DNA from: Coriobacteriia bacterium
GTDB lineage: Bacteria > Actinomycetota > Coriobacteriia > Anaerosomatales > PALSA-660
DNA: 64,000 bases
Assembly: GCA_036508875.1 (NCBI GenBank)
Contig: DATCGP010000034.1
Span: forward strand, 11,037-75,036
Direction of reading: 5' to 3'
Shown: one piece after another, positions 1-8,430 of the stretch
Position numbering within the stretch: position 1 is the first letter of the stretch
Layout: each line of letters begins with the position of its first letter
Made by a program: the position numbers and the translations under genes
Notes under the pieces: model-generated
What the model saw: the letters and a program-made list of their open reading frames with translations, nothing else
Database searches by the model: none
Told to the model about the DNA's origin: nothing

Positions 1-272
1 CGGTCGTGCATGTCCCGGGGCTCGACGAGGAGTCGTATCGCCGTGCGCTCTTCCCCGTTGATCGAGATATCGGCGAAGGCCGGGACACACGTGAGGTCGA
101 TACCTGACGGGGCGAGGAATCCGCGGGCGATGGCGATGGCCTTGATCGCCTGGTTGAGTGCTCCCGCGCCGACCGTCTGCATCTCGACGGCGCCCTGCTC
201 GCGCACAACGCCCGCGAGAGCCCCAGCGACGGAGTTGGGACTCGAATGCGAGGACACCTTGAGGGTTTCCAT
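1..272 (-). CDS. spoVS: SpoVS family protein (stage V sporulation protein S homolog); 3-prime end runs off the window
   Basis: Absent from the ORF track because it is open at the window edge. Reverse translation from ATG at 270-272 gives METLKVSSHSSPNSVAGALAGVVREQGAVEMQTVGAGALNQAIKAIAIARGFLAPSGIDLTCVPAFADISINGEERTAIRLLVEPRDMHD.., which follows the Bacillus SpoVS sequence almost position by position. GGAGG lies 5 nt upstream. Confidence 0.85.
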   Translation of the reverse strand, partial: METLKVSSHSSPNSVAGALAGVVREQGAVEMQTVGAGALNQAIKAIAIARGFLAPSGIDLTCVPAFADISINGEERTAIRLLVEPRDMHD

Positions 273-451
273 TGTTGCCTCCGGTGCGGCGATTACTGGT
301 GTGGAAGACGGCTGCGAGTGTGGTAGGACGCTGGTGACGGACCCCTGGAAGCCAACCCTGCGGCCACAGTATAGCGTACGAAAGCCCAGTTGGCTCTCAC
401 GCTCAAGCGGACGTCGAGGAACGTGCGTCGCACCCGCGGCGCGACCGCGCC

Positions 452-1531
452 TCAGTCGTCCTTCTCCACGGGGAACCTCACCGTGATGCTGTCCCTGCCG
501 ACCGTCACCTTGGGCTCCCCCGCCAGATGCAGGTAGTACCGCTCCGCGACGAGATCGAACGCTTCCTCGAGACGACGCTGGAACTCGCGTGTGTCGGATC
601 CGGCGATCCTGAGCCCACGGCGGTCCCGGTAGATGTCGGGACGGCGCGGGTCGACCAGCTCCGGCGTGGGAGCCAAGCTCTCGAGCACGCTGTCGACCGG
701 CTCAAGCTCGCCGCCGAGCACGCGGTGCGCGGTCCTCTCCGAGATCACGAGGCCGATGCCGGCGCACAGCGATACGAGCTCCGCTGCGTCCCCCGCCACT
801 GCAGGCCGAAGCCAGACTGGGAGCTCCATCGGGTCGTCGCAGAAGAGGAGCTGGCGCGCGTCGAGGCGCCCGCGCGCGTGAGCGACGATCGAAGCGAGGA
901 TCTCGGTCGGTGTTCCGAGGTACACCTCTAGGTCGGGGTGCTCCACTGCGAACTCGACCACGCGACGCACGATGTTGTGGGGTCCTGTGGCGACGACAAG
1001 CTTGCCCGATTCCAGGTCGCGCTCAACGGTGGGCCACTTCGACTGGTCGGCCTTCTCGGGCAGCTTCGAGGTGTCCGACACCACGACGAGCGACGAGCCC
1101 TTGTGCGGATCGGTCGCCACGAGCTCCGCGCTCTCCACGTTGGTGCGGACGGAGAACAGGGCCATGCCCCGTCCGTGGACGCCCCAGCGGTCGATGACCA
1201 TCGTGTCGAGCTTGCTCGTGACGCGCGGCTCGAAGATGCGGTCGCGCATCCCGGCCGGCACTCCGACGCCGTCGTCGATGACCGTGAGGGTGCGGATATC
1301 GCCCTCGCGGCTGTTGGCGACGTAGATCCGGCGCGAATGCGCGTCGCGCGAGTTGCGCAGCAGCTCGACGACGACATCCTCGAAGGTCCGGATGTCGTGC
1401 TTGGCCTGACGCCTCTCGGCCTCGGAGACCTTGAGACGTACGAACCCATCGCCGAGCGTCTCCTCGACCTTGACGTACTGGTCGCCGGAGACGGACGAGA
1501 CGAATTCGAGCATGGAGTCGTCGGGAGTCAT
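452..1531 (-). CDS. GHKL (Bergerat-fold) ATP-binding protein, histidine-kinase-like ATPase domain only; function unknown
   Basis: ORF 452..1594 trimmed to ATG at 1529-1531, 5 nt after the GNAT stop. Motifs: N-box ELLRNSRDA, G1 DDGVGVP, G2 GVHGRGMAL. No phospho-acceptor His/dimerisation region and no TM segment. I recognise no motif in the C-terminal ~200 aa. Confidence 0.6.
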   Translation of the reverse strand: MTPDDSMLEFVSSVSGDQYVKVEETLGDGFVRLKVSEAERRQAKHDIRTFEDVVVELLRNSRDAHSRRIYVANSREGDIRTLTVIDDGVGVPAGMRDRIFEPRVTSKLDTMVIDRWGVHGRGMALFSVRTNVESAELVATDPHKGSSLVVVSDTSKLPEKADQSKWPTVERDLESGKLVVATGPHNIVRRVVEFAVEHPDLEVYLGTPTEILASIVAHARGRLDARQLLFCDDPMELPVWLRPAVAGDAAELVSLCAGIGLVISERTAHRVLGGELEPVDSVLESLAPTPELVDPRRPDIYRDRRGLRIAGSDTREFQRRLEEAFDLVAERYYLHLAGEPKVTVGRDSITVRFPVEKDD

Positions 1532-1536
1532 GTGTC

Positions 1537-2094
1537 TCAGTCTACCCGGGCGCTGCTGGTCGCGGTAGCGCCGTCGCGTTCCTTCCCAAGCCACACCATG
1601 CTCCAGGACTCGAACTGCTCGCGACGGAAGATCCGATAGCCGAGGCGCGCGTAGAGCGCGAGAGGCTCGACGGCATCGGCGCCGGTGAACAGTTCGAACC
1701 GGTCCGCCGACGGGAATGCGTCCTCAAGCGCGGCCATGAGCGCGGTGGCCACTCCGCGCCTGGTGAAGCCGTCATCGACGGCGAGCCGCCCGATCTCGAT
1801 GATCCCGTCGTCGCGGGTCGTGGCGCGCACGGTGCCGACGACGCGCTCGTGGCCTCCATCCGGAACGACCGCGATGAACGTTCGGACTCCCCCAGACAAG
1901 AGCTGCTCGAGCTTCTCGAGAGTCTCTGTCACCGGCTGCAATCGTGTCTCAGGGACGCCGAAACTCAACGCCACGCGGCGGAAGGCAGCGCGCTGCACCC
2001 GCAGGACCTCGGGGAGGTCCTCGGATGAAGCGGTCCTCACCGCCATCCCACGCGATCTGAGGTTCGAGGGAGTCTCGGAATAGGTTGTCTCCAT
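1537..2094 (-). CDS. GNAT family N-acetyltransferase
   Basis: ORF 1537..2193. Acetyl-CoA motif RRGVATALMAALE and GNAT-like core (IGRLAVDDGFTRRG..YARLGY). The start is uncertain. ATG 2092-2094 sits 7 nt after a TACAAT box; ATG 2044-2046 is the alternative. Confidence 0.65.
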   Translation of the reverse strand: METTYSETPSNLRSRGMAVRTASSEDLPEVLRVQRAAFRRVALSFGVPETRLQPVTETLEKLEQLLSGGVRTFIAVVPDGGHERVVGTVRATTRDDGIIEIGRLAVDDGFTRRGVATALMAALEDAFPSADRFELFTGADAVEPLALYARLGYRIFRREQFESWSMVWLGKERDGATATSSARVD

Positions 2095-2210
2095 GCTCGC
2101 CATTGTACGAGTTGTCCGCCGGTAGACCTCCCGCACGACCGATCCGTTCGACACCGAAGGCCGCTCCGAGTGGGAGCGGCCTTCCGGTACCACCGTTCTG
2201 AAAGGGACGT

Positions 2211-3755
2211 CTACTTCGCGTAGTCGATCGCGCGGCTCTCGCGGATGACCATGACCCGGATCTGGCCCGGGTACTGCATCTGCTCCTCGATCTCCTTTGC
2301 GATGTCGCGCGCGAGCATGACCGAGTCCGCGTCCGAGATCGATTCGGGCTTCACCATGACGCGGACCTCGCGGCCCGCCTGCATGGCGTAGACCTTCTCG
2401 ACTCCCTTGTGAGCGCTGGCCAGCTCTTCGAGCTTCTCCAGACGCTTGATGTAGCTCTCGATCGTCTCGCGTCGCGCGCCGGGCCGAGACGCGGAGATCG
2501 CGTCCGCCGCCTGCACGAGGACCGCTTCGACGGTGGAAGGCTCGATGTCGCCGTGGTGCGCTTCGATGCAGTGGACGACGTCCTTGTGCTCTCCGAGGCG
2601 CTTGGCGAGCTCGGCGCCTATCAGAGCGTGCGGACCTTCGACCTCGTGATCGATCGCCTTGCCCAGGTCGTGCAGGAGGCCGGCGCGCTTCGCGAGCTTC
2701 ACGTCGACACCCAGCTCCGCGGCCATGACGCCGGCGAGGTAGCTGACCTCGAGCGAGTGCTTGAGCACGTTCTGGCCGTACGAAGTACGGAAGCGCAGAC
2801 GGCCGAGTGTACGGACGAGCTCCGCGTGGACCCCGTGGATCTGCGTCTCGAATACCGCCTGCTCACCGGCCTCATGGACCTGCTGCTCGACGAGCTTCTC
2901 GGCCTTGGCGAACATCTCCTCGATGCGTGCGGGGTGGATGCGGCCGTCGGCAAGGAGCGACTCGAGGGTGACCCGTCCGATCTCGCGGCGCACCGGGTCG
3001 AAGCTCGACAGGATGACCGCCTCGGGCGTGTCGTCGATGATGAGGCTGATGCCGGTCATCTGCTCGAAGGCGCGGATGTTGCGGCCTTCGCGGCCGATGA
3101 TGCGGCCCTTCATGTCGTCGCTGGGGATGTGCACGACGGAGACGGTCGACTCGGCCGTGTGGTCCGCGGCGACGCGCTGGATCGCGATGCCCACGATGTT
3201 GCGGGCCTTCTTGTCCGCCTCCTCACGGGCGCGGTTCTCGACGTCGCGGATCATCGCCGCGGCGTCATGCTTGACGTCTTCCTCGACGCGCTTGAGGAGG
3301 ACCTGCTTGGCCTCGTCGGAGGTCATGCCTGCGAGTGATTCCAGGCGGGCTTTCTCCTCGGCGATGGCGTCCTCGAGGTCCTTGTCGCGCTTGTCGAGCT
3401 GGCCCTGCATGCTCGAGAGCTGGTGCTCGCGCTTGTCCAAGGACTCGGCGCGACGCTCCATCGACTCCTCGCGCTGCATGAGGCGCGTCTCAAGCGCCGT
3501 GAGCTCCTTACGGCGCTCCTTGGCGTCGGCCTCCGCGTCGGCGCGGATCTTGAACACCTCGTCCTTGGCCTCGAGGACGGCTTCCTTGTGCAGAGTCTCT
3601 GCCTGCTTCTCGGCGTCAGCGACGATGCGACCGGCTGAAGACCGGGCCGCATCGAGCTGCTTCTCTCCGAAGGTCTTCCGGAGGTAGAAACCGAGAAGGG
3701 CGCCTGCTCCGATGGCGACGATCGCGACGATCACGATGGTGACGACGTCCGGCAT
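2211..3755 (-). CDS. rny: Ribonuclease Y
   Basis: ORF 2211..3932 trimmed to ATG 3753-3755, preceded by GGGAGGG. N-terminal TM helix ([22 protein letters not shown]), coiled coil, KH domain ([15 protein letters not shown]) and HD domain (LLHDLGK..EAHHGD). Confidence 0.95.
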   Translation of the reverse strand: MPDVVTIVIVAIVAIGAGALLGFYLRKTFGEKQLDAARSSAGRIVADAEKQAETLHKEAVLEAKDEVFKIRADAEADAKERRKELTALETRLMQREESMERRAESLDKREHQLSSMQGQLDKRDKDLEDAIAEEKARLESLAGMTSDEAKQVLLKRVEEDVKHDAAAMIRDVENRAREEADKKARNIVGIAIQRVAADHTAESTVSVVHIPSDDMKGRIIGREGRNIRAFEQMTGISLIIDDTPEAVILSSFDPVRREIGRVTLESLLADGRIHPARIEEMFAKAEKLVEQQVHEAGEQAVFETQIHGVHAELVRTLGRLRFRTSYGQNVLKHSLEVSYLAGVMAAELGVDVKLAKRAGLLHDLGKAIDHEVEGPHALIGAELAKRLGEHKDVVHCIEAHHGDIEPSTVEAVLVQAADAISASRPGARRETIESYIKRLEKLEELASAHKGVEKVYAMQAGREVRVMVKPESISDADSVMLARDIAKEIEEQMQYPGQIRVMVIRESRAIDYAK

Positions 3756-3894
3756 GCGGTCCCTCCCTTCGGGCGCGTGTATGGGTGGTGCGCCCCGTCG
3801 ATAGCTTCCAAGTGGGCGCTCGCTGCCGGTCCCGCCGTCGCCCCGCGAGGGGCGCTCCGGTGCCGCGGGATCCGCGGTGACCGGAAACGACGAA

Positions 3895-3916
3895 GCCGGA
3901 CGACGAAGCGTCCGGC
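3895..3916 (-). terminator. Terminator-like GC hairpin in the recX-rny intergenic region
   Basis: Stem GCCGGACG / CGTCCGGC (8 bp) with a 6-nt loop. On the minus strand it is followed by TTCGTCGTTTCC. It sits inside a near-tandem duplication CCGGA(AA)CGACGAAGC x2 (3881-3909). Confidence 0.4.
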
Positions 3917-4072
3917 AAAGGCGACACGACATGTATGCGGGATCGGCGGCCCTGTATGCGCCGCTAGAGCGCTATGGGCGCCCTCACATGTTCCGCGTTC
4001 GAGACCGAGGTCCCTCATACACAACACCGTGAGGCCGGCAGCCCCTCGGTGTGATCACATTTGCCGAGGTCA

Positions 4073-4102
4073 AGGATAGCGGCGGCCTAGGCGTTGGGTC
4101 AA
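4073..4102 (-). promoter_or_regulatory. Candidate sigma-70-type promoter for rny
   Basis: Minus strand reads TTGACC (4097-4102), 18 nt, TATCCT (4073-4078). This would give a ~315-nt leader. Motif match only. Confidence 0.3.
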
Positions 4103-4149
4103 GGACGGCGGTTCGTGCGCCACGCCGCGTGAGAGTCCGCTGCCCGGGA

Positions 4150-4815
4150 TCAGTCGTCGTTCGCATCCGGGTCCAGGGTACCGTCCCCCGGCTCGTGCCC
4201 CGATCCCTCGAGCGCCTGGCGCGCGGCCGTGAGCGCGACCGCCGGACGGTACCCGCGCCGCACGAGACGGGCAGCTACTCGATCGACCGTGGCGCCGGAA
4301 CGTGCCGCCGCTGATCGCGCAAGGTGGAGGGCCGCCTCGCGCTCCCGTTCCGGATCGAGTGCGTCGTCGAGCGCGGCCGCGGCAAGGTCCTCCGCGACGC
4401 CTGCGTCGCGGAGCTCGCGCGCGATGCGTTCGCGTCCTGCACCCCGGGCGCGCGCGAGCGTGCGGGCGCGCGCGTTGGCGAAGCGTTCGTCGTCGACGAG
4501 CCCTATCCGCACCAAGTCGTCGGCCGTGGACTCGGAGACCTGATGGCTGAAGCCGTCCTGCACGAGCCGGCCTGCAAGGCCGGCTCGTGACCGTTCCTTG
4601 GCTGTGATGAGCCGGATGGCGCGCTCGCGAGCGAGTTTGGGTTCAGCCGCCTCGATGCGGCCCGCCAGCTCGTCCAGATCGACCTCGGCAGAGACCTCGA
4701 GGTCCAGTACGGCGAGAAGGCCGGCGGGAACATCCCGCCAGCCTTCTCCGTCAAGGACGATCGTCCGCCGCCGGAATGCCGGACCGGACCTGCGGATGTC
4801 GGTGACGGTCGCCAC
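4150..4815 (-). CDS. recX: Recombination regulator RecX
   Basis: Lies directly downstream of recA. Helical-repeat sequence typical of RecX (..AIRLITAKERSRAGLAGRL..DDERFA..). GTG start 4813-4815 with GGAG 9 nt upstream. Confidence 0.85.
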   Translation of the reverse strand: MATVTDIRRSGPAFRRRTIVLDGEGWRDVPAGLLAVLDLEVSAEVDLDELAGRIEAAEPKLARERAIRLITAKERSRAGLAGRLVQDGFSHQVSESTADDLVRIGLVDDERFANARARTLARARGAGRERIARELRDAGVAEDLAAAALDDALDPEREREAALHLARSAAARSGATVDRVAARLVRRGYRPAVALTAARQALEGSGHEPGDGTLDPDANDD

Positions 4816-4842
4816 TTGGTGAGTCTCCGCGGTGTCGACGGG

Positions 4843-5892
4843 CTACTCGGCGGTCTCGTCGGCAGCGGCGCCTATCGGTGCTTTCAAGCCGCTCGTCTGA
4901 GGGACGTTCAGGCGCTCGCGGATCTCGCTCTCGATCCGGTCGCGGGTATCGGTGTGCTCGCGCAGGTACTCCTTGGCGGCCTCGCGACCCTGGCCGAGGC
5001 GCTCTTCTCCACGGGTGAACCAGGATCCCGACTTGCTCACGATGCCCTCCTCGACGCCGAGGTCGAGCAGCGAGCCCTCCTTCGAGATCCCGTGCCCGTA
5101 CATGAGATCGAACTCCGCCTGCCGGAACGGCGGGGCGACCTTGTTCTTGACGACCTTGGCGCGCACCCGGTTGCCGACGATGTCTGTGCCTTGCTTGATC
5201 GAGTCGATGCGGCGGATGTCGATGCGGATCGATGCGTAGAACTTGAGCGCGCGTCCGCCGGACGTAGTCTCGGGGTTCCCGAACATGACCCCGATCTTCT
5301 CGCGCAGCTGGTTGATGAAGATGCAGGTGGTGTTCGACTTGGACAACGATCCCGCGAGCTTGCGCAGGGCCTGGCTCATGAGCCGCGCCTGCAGCCCCAC
5401 GGTCACGTCGCCCATCTCGCCCTCGAGCTCGGCTCGCGGCACGAGCGCCGCCACGGAGTCGATCACGACGATGTCGACAGCCCCGCTGCGGACCAGCATG
5501 TCGCAGATTTCGAGCGCCTGCTCCCCCGTGTCCGGCTGCGAGATGAGCATGTCGTCGATGTCGACCCCGAGCTTCGCCGCGTACGCCGGGTCCAGAGCGT
5601 GCTCCGCGTCGATGTACGCGGCGATCCCGCCGAGGCGTTGCGCCTCCGCGACTATGTGCAGAGCCAGCGTGGTCTTACCGCCCGACTCCGGTCCGTAGAT
5701 CTCGACGATGCGCCCGCGCGGGACGCCGCCGATGCCGAGCGCGGCGTCGAGAGCGAGGGATCCGGTCGGGATCGCGGGCATCGCTCCGATGTTGGCGTGC
5801 TCGCCGAGGCGCATGAGCGAACCCTTGCCGAACTTGCGCTCGACCTGTTCCTTGGTGATCTCGAGGACCTTGTCGACCTGCTCGCGCTCCAT
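4843..5892 (-). CDS. recA: Recombinase RecA
   Basis: Unmistakable RecA sequence, including Walker [14 protein letters not shown] and the L1/L2 regions. 349 aa with no intein. Confidence 0.98.
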   Translation of the reverse strand: MEREQVDKVLEITKEQVERKFGKGSLMRLGEHANIGAMPAIPTGSLALDAALGIGGVPRGRIVEIYGPESGGKTTLALHIVAEAQRLGGIAAYIDAEHALDPAYAAKLGVDIDDMLISQPDTGEQALEICDMLVRSGAVDIVVIDSVAALVPRAELEGEMGDVTVGLQARLMSQALRKLAGSLSKSNTTCIFINQLREKIGVMFGNPETTSGGRALKFYASIRIDIRRIDSIKQGTDIVGNRVRAKVVKNKVAPPFRQAEFDLMYGHGISKEGSLLDLGVEEGIVSKSGSWFTRGEERLGQGREAAKEYLREHTDTRDRIESEIRERLNVPQTSGLKAPIGAAADETAE

Positions 5893-5957
5893 GCGCCACG
5901 CTCCTTGGGTGATGTCGCGGACCGCGCGCTCCCGGCGCAGGGTCCTGTACCTGTGAA

Positions 5958-5984
5958 ACTATACGAACACCTGTTCGATGTCAA
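5958..5984 (-). promoter_or_regulatory. recA promoter with embedded LexA (SOS/Cheo-type) box
   Basis: Minus strand reads TTGACA (5979-5984) - TCGAACAGGTGTTCG - TATAGT (5958-5963). The palindrome CGAAC-N4-GTTCG (5964-5977) fills the spacer. The element lies ~65 nt upstream of the recA ATG. Confidence 0.7.
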
Positions 5985-6586
5985 CGGGCGGTGGTGCTGT
6001 GGCCCGCAGTACCGAGCATGAGGACCGCAAGCCGGTCATACGTCGGTCCGGCGGCGCCCAGAGTGCTCGAGAACACCGTAGCGGAGTGGACTGACACGGT
6101 CCTGTCCGGGGCCTTTCCAGCGGCCGAAAGAATCAGCGAGCAGGCTTCGACGGCGCCGGCCCTGATCGGGCGCGGCCTTCGCGACCGAGCCAGCGTCACG
6201 TGCGCGCGGAACGGCCGCCCGTCCAGCGGGACTCCGGCCTCACGTCGTATCGACGACGCGAGCATCGCGGCGTCGTCCTCCGCGCCAGAGAGCGTCGCCC
6301 ACAACATCGAGGCGTGCCCTCGCGAGGGCACGGCGCGCGCTCCCGACAGCGTCAGGTCGAAGGGCGCGATCGGTCCAAGCGCGCCGGGCAGGCGTTCGAG
6401 GAGCGGCGCGAGAGACGCTTCCGGGACCGTACCGAGGAACGCAAGCGTCACGTGGAGCAGGTCCGGAGCGACCGCCTTTTCCCCGCGCCAGGACGGCTCG
6501 AGTGTGAGAAAGGTCTCCACGGCGCCGGAGATGACCTGTCGCGTCGCCCGCGGCAACTCGATCGCGACGAAGACGCGGGCGGGCAC
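5981..6586 (-). CDS. thpR: RNA 2',3'-cyclic phosphodiesterase (2H phosphoesterase, ThpR/LigT family)
   Basis: Two H-x-T-x motifs (LHVTLAFLG and AHVTLARS) at the spacing typical of the family. GTG start. Confidence 0.8.
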   Translation of the reverse strand: MPARVFVAIELPRATRQVISGAVETFLTLEPSWRGEKAVAPDLLHVTLAFLGTVPEASLAPLLERLPGALGPIAPFDLTLSGARAVPSRGHASMLWATLSGAEDDAAMLASSIRREAGVPLDGRPFRAHVTLARSRRPRPIRAGAVEACSLILSAAGKAPDRTVSVHSATVFSSTLGAAGPTYDRLAVLMLGTAGHSTTAR

Positions 6587-6595
6587 CGCGCCACG

Positions 6596-7822
6596 CTACC
6601 CGGCCCGAAGGGCCCGCCGCAGCAGGTCCAGCGCGGTCATGACCGCGCGCTCGCGAACGAAGTGCCGGTCCCCGCCGAAGCGGCGCATCTCTGCCCGGAC
6701 TCCCTCCGCGCCGGCGACCCCGAACCAGACCGTGCCCACCGGTTTCCCGGCGGTGCCGCCCTCAGGACCCGCGATGCCGGTCACGGAGACCGCGAGACCG
6801 GCGCCGGTGACGTCACGTGCGCCAGAGGCCATCGCCATTGCGACCGCGTCGGACACCGCGCCGAACGTCCGCAGAAGTGCGGGGTCGACGCCGAGCAGCG
6901 TGGTCTTCAGGTCGTCGGAGTACGTGACCGCTCCCCCGACGTACACCGCGGAGGACCCGGGCACCTCCGTGAGTGCGCCGGCAACGAGGCCTCCGGTGCA
7001 CGATTCGGCGGTCGCGACCGTCACGCGGGCGACACGTGCGCGGTCGAGAACGACCTGGGCGAGACTACGCCCGTCGGTCGAGTAGCACGACTCCCCTATC
7101 CGCTCGGCGATGTTCGCTGAGACGGCGGCTAGCTCCGTTGACCCGGCGCCGCGATCGAACAGGACGACGCGGACGTCGCCCGGGGCCGCGAGCACCGTGA
7201 GCTCGATATCCGAGCGGCCTCCCAGCACATCCTGCGCGGCCATCTGCAGGTCCGACTCCGAGACCCCCGCGCAGTGCAGCACCGCCGGAGCCGCGGGACC
7301 TGAGGGGCGGCCCGAGAGGTACGCTTCGAGCAGCGGCCGCATCTCGCGAGGAGGGCCGGGCAGTAGGACGAGCTCGCCGCGAGTCGTCGGCACGACCTGC
7401 CCTGGTGCGGTGCCGAGTACCGCGTCGAGCACCCGGGCGCCGTCCAGCACATCCGCCTGGACGAAGACCTGCTCGGCCGCGCGAGGGTCGGAGTGCCTGG
7501 CCGCCACCGCGGCGAGGCCGGACTCGATGCGCCGGTCGCGGCACATGCTGATGCCCAGCGCTGCTGCGGCCGCCTCGCGCGTCACATCGTCGTGAGTGGG
7601 TCCCAGGCCGCCAGTGACCACGACGAGGTCGTAGGAGGCCGTACAGCGCCTCAGATGGGCAACGAGCGAGTCGGCGTCGTCCGCTACCGACACCGCTTCA
7701 CGCACGTCGATCCCCACCGCGGCGAGCGCGCGCGCGATCTCGGAGGTGTTGGTGTCGACTGCGAGCCCGCGGACCAGCTCGGTACCGACGGTAACGATCG
7801 CTGCGTCGGCCGGAACGGTCAC
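6596..7822 (-). CDS. cinA: CinA family protein (competence/damage-inducible; N-terminal MoCF-binding-like domain + C-terminal PncC-type nicotinamide-nucleotide amidohydrolase)
   Basis: ORF 6596..8050 trimmed to GTG 7820-7822, which forms a GTGA overlap with the pgsA stop. N-terminus reads IVTVGTELVRG..DTN; the C-terminal part reads ESCTGG..GIAGP. Confidence 0.85.
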   Translation of the reverse strand: MTVPADAAIVTVGTELVRGLAVDTNTSEIARALAAVGIDVREAVSVADDADSLVAHLRRCTASYDLVVVTGGLGPTHDDVTREAAAAALGISMCRDRRIESGLAAVAARHSDPRAAEQVFVQADVLDGARVLDAVLGTAPGQVVPTTRGELVLLPGPPREMRPLLEAYLSGRPSGPAAPAVLHCAGVSESDLQMAAQDVLGGRSDIELTVLAAPGDVRVVLFDRGAGSTELAAVSANIAERIGESCYSTDGRSLAQVVLDRARVARVTVATAESCTGGLVAGALTEVPGSSAVYVGGAVTYSDDLKTTLLGVDPALLRTFGAVSDAVAMAMASGARDVTGAGLAVSVTGIAGPEGGTAGKPVGTVWFGVAGAEGVRAEMRRFGGDRHFVRERAVMTALDLLRRALRAG

Positions 7823-8430
7823 GGCCGGTCCTCTGCCTTGGCCGGCGCGCCGCTCCACGGCCCGGCGATGACCTCGCGTGCGTGGTAGAAGTAGTCGGCC
7901 GCCGACCAGATCGTGAGCGCGAGCGCCACACCCATCACGACCCAGGACGCGATGGTGAACGCCTCGGCGTAGCCCGCGAACGCCTGAGCGTTCTTGAGGA
8001 TGAACATGACCAAGGCGATGATCTGGAAGACGGTCTTGACCTTGCCCCATGGAGACGCTGCGATCACGACGCCCTCGGCCACGGCGACCATCCTCAGGCC
8101 CGAGACCACCAGCTCACGCCCGATGATGACGATCGCCACCCAACCGGGAAGGCTGCCCAACTGGACGAGGCCGACCAGAGCGGCGGTCACGAGCAGCTTG
8201 TCGGCCAGAGGGTCGATGAACTTGCCGAAGGTCGTGACCTCGTTGCGCGAGCGCGCGACGTAGCCGTCGACAGCATCGGTGGCCGCAAGCACGGTGAAGA
8301 CCGCCGCGGCCAGCCATGGCCTCCAGTCGGTCCACTCAGCCGCATACTGCCCGAGCAACACCACGAGGAACACCGGGATGAGGGTCATCCTGATGAGGGT
8401 TATCCAGTTCGCTATGCCGAGCCTGCGCAC
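7819..8430 (-). CDS. pgsA: CDP-diacylglycerol--glycerol-3-phosphate 3-phosphatidyltransferase
   Basis: CDP-alcohol phosphotransferase motif DAVDGYVAR..G..DPLADK, with multiple TM helices. Confidence 0.9.
   Translation of the reverse strand: MRRLGIANWITLIRMTLIPVFLVVLLGQYAAEWTDWRPWLAAAVFTVLAATDAVDGYVARSRNEVTTFGKFIDPLADKLLVTAALVGLVQLGSLPGWVAIVIIGRELVVSGLRMVAVAEGVVIAASPWGKVKTVFQIIALVMFILKNAQAFAGYAEAFTIASWVVMGVALALTIWSAADYFYHAREVIAGPWSGAPAKAEDRP

Noticed and set aside
421-451. Short hairpin CGCGG-CGCGA-CCGCG after the GHKL ATPase gene as a terminator
   Set aside because: The stem is only 5 bp, there is no U tract, and such hairpins are common by chance in GC-rich sequence. It is too weak to annotate.
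3985-4015. GTTCGAGAC, resembling a tRNA T-loop, in the rny upstream region
   Set aside because: The flanking bases cannot form a T-arm, acceptor stem or anticodon arm. No tRNA-like cloverleaf fits in any spacer of the window.
3731-4166. Small ORFs (98, 100 and 60 aa) inside the recX-rny spacer as possible novel peptides
   Set aside because: They have no SD or start context, an Arg/Pro/Ala-rich composition typical of random high-GC translation, and they overlap each other and the rny start. I treat the region as non-coding RNA or regulatory sequence instead.
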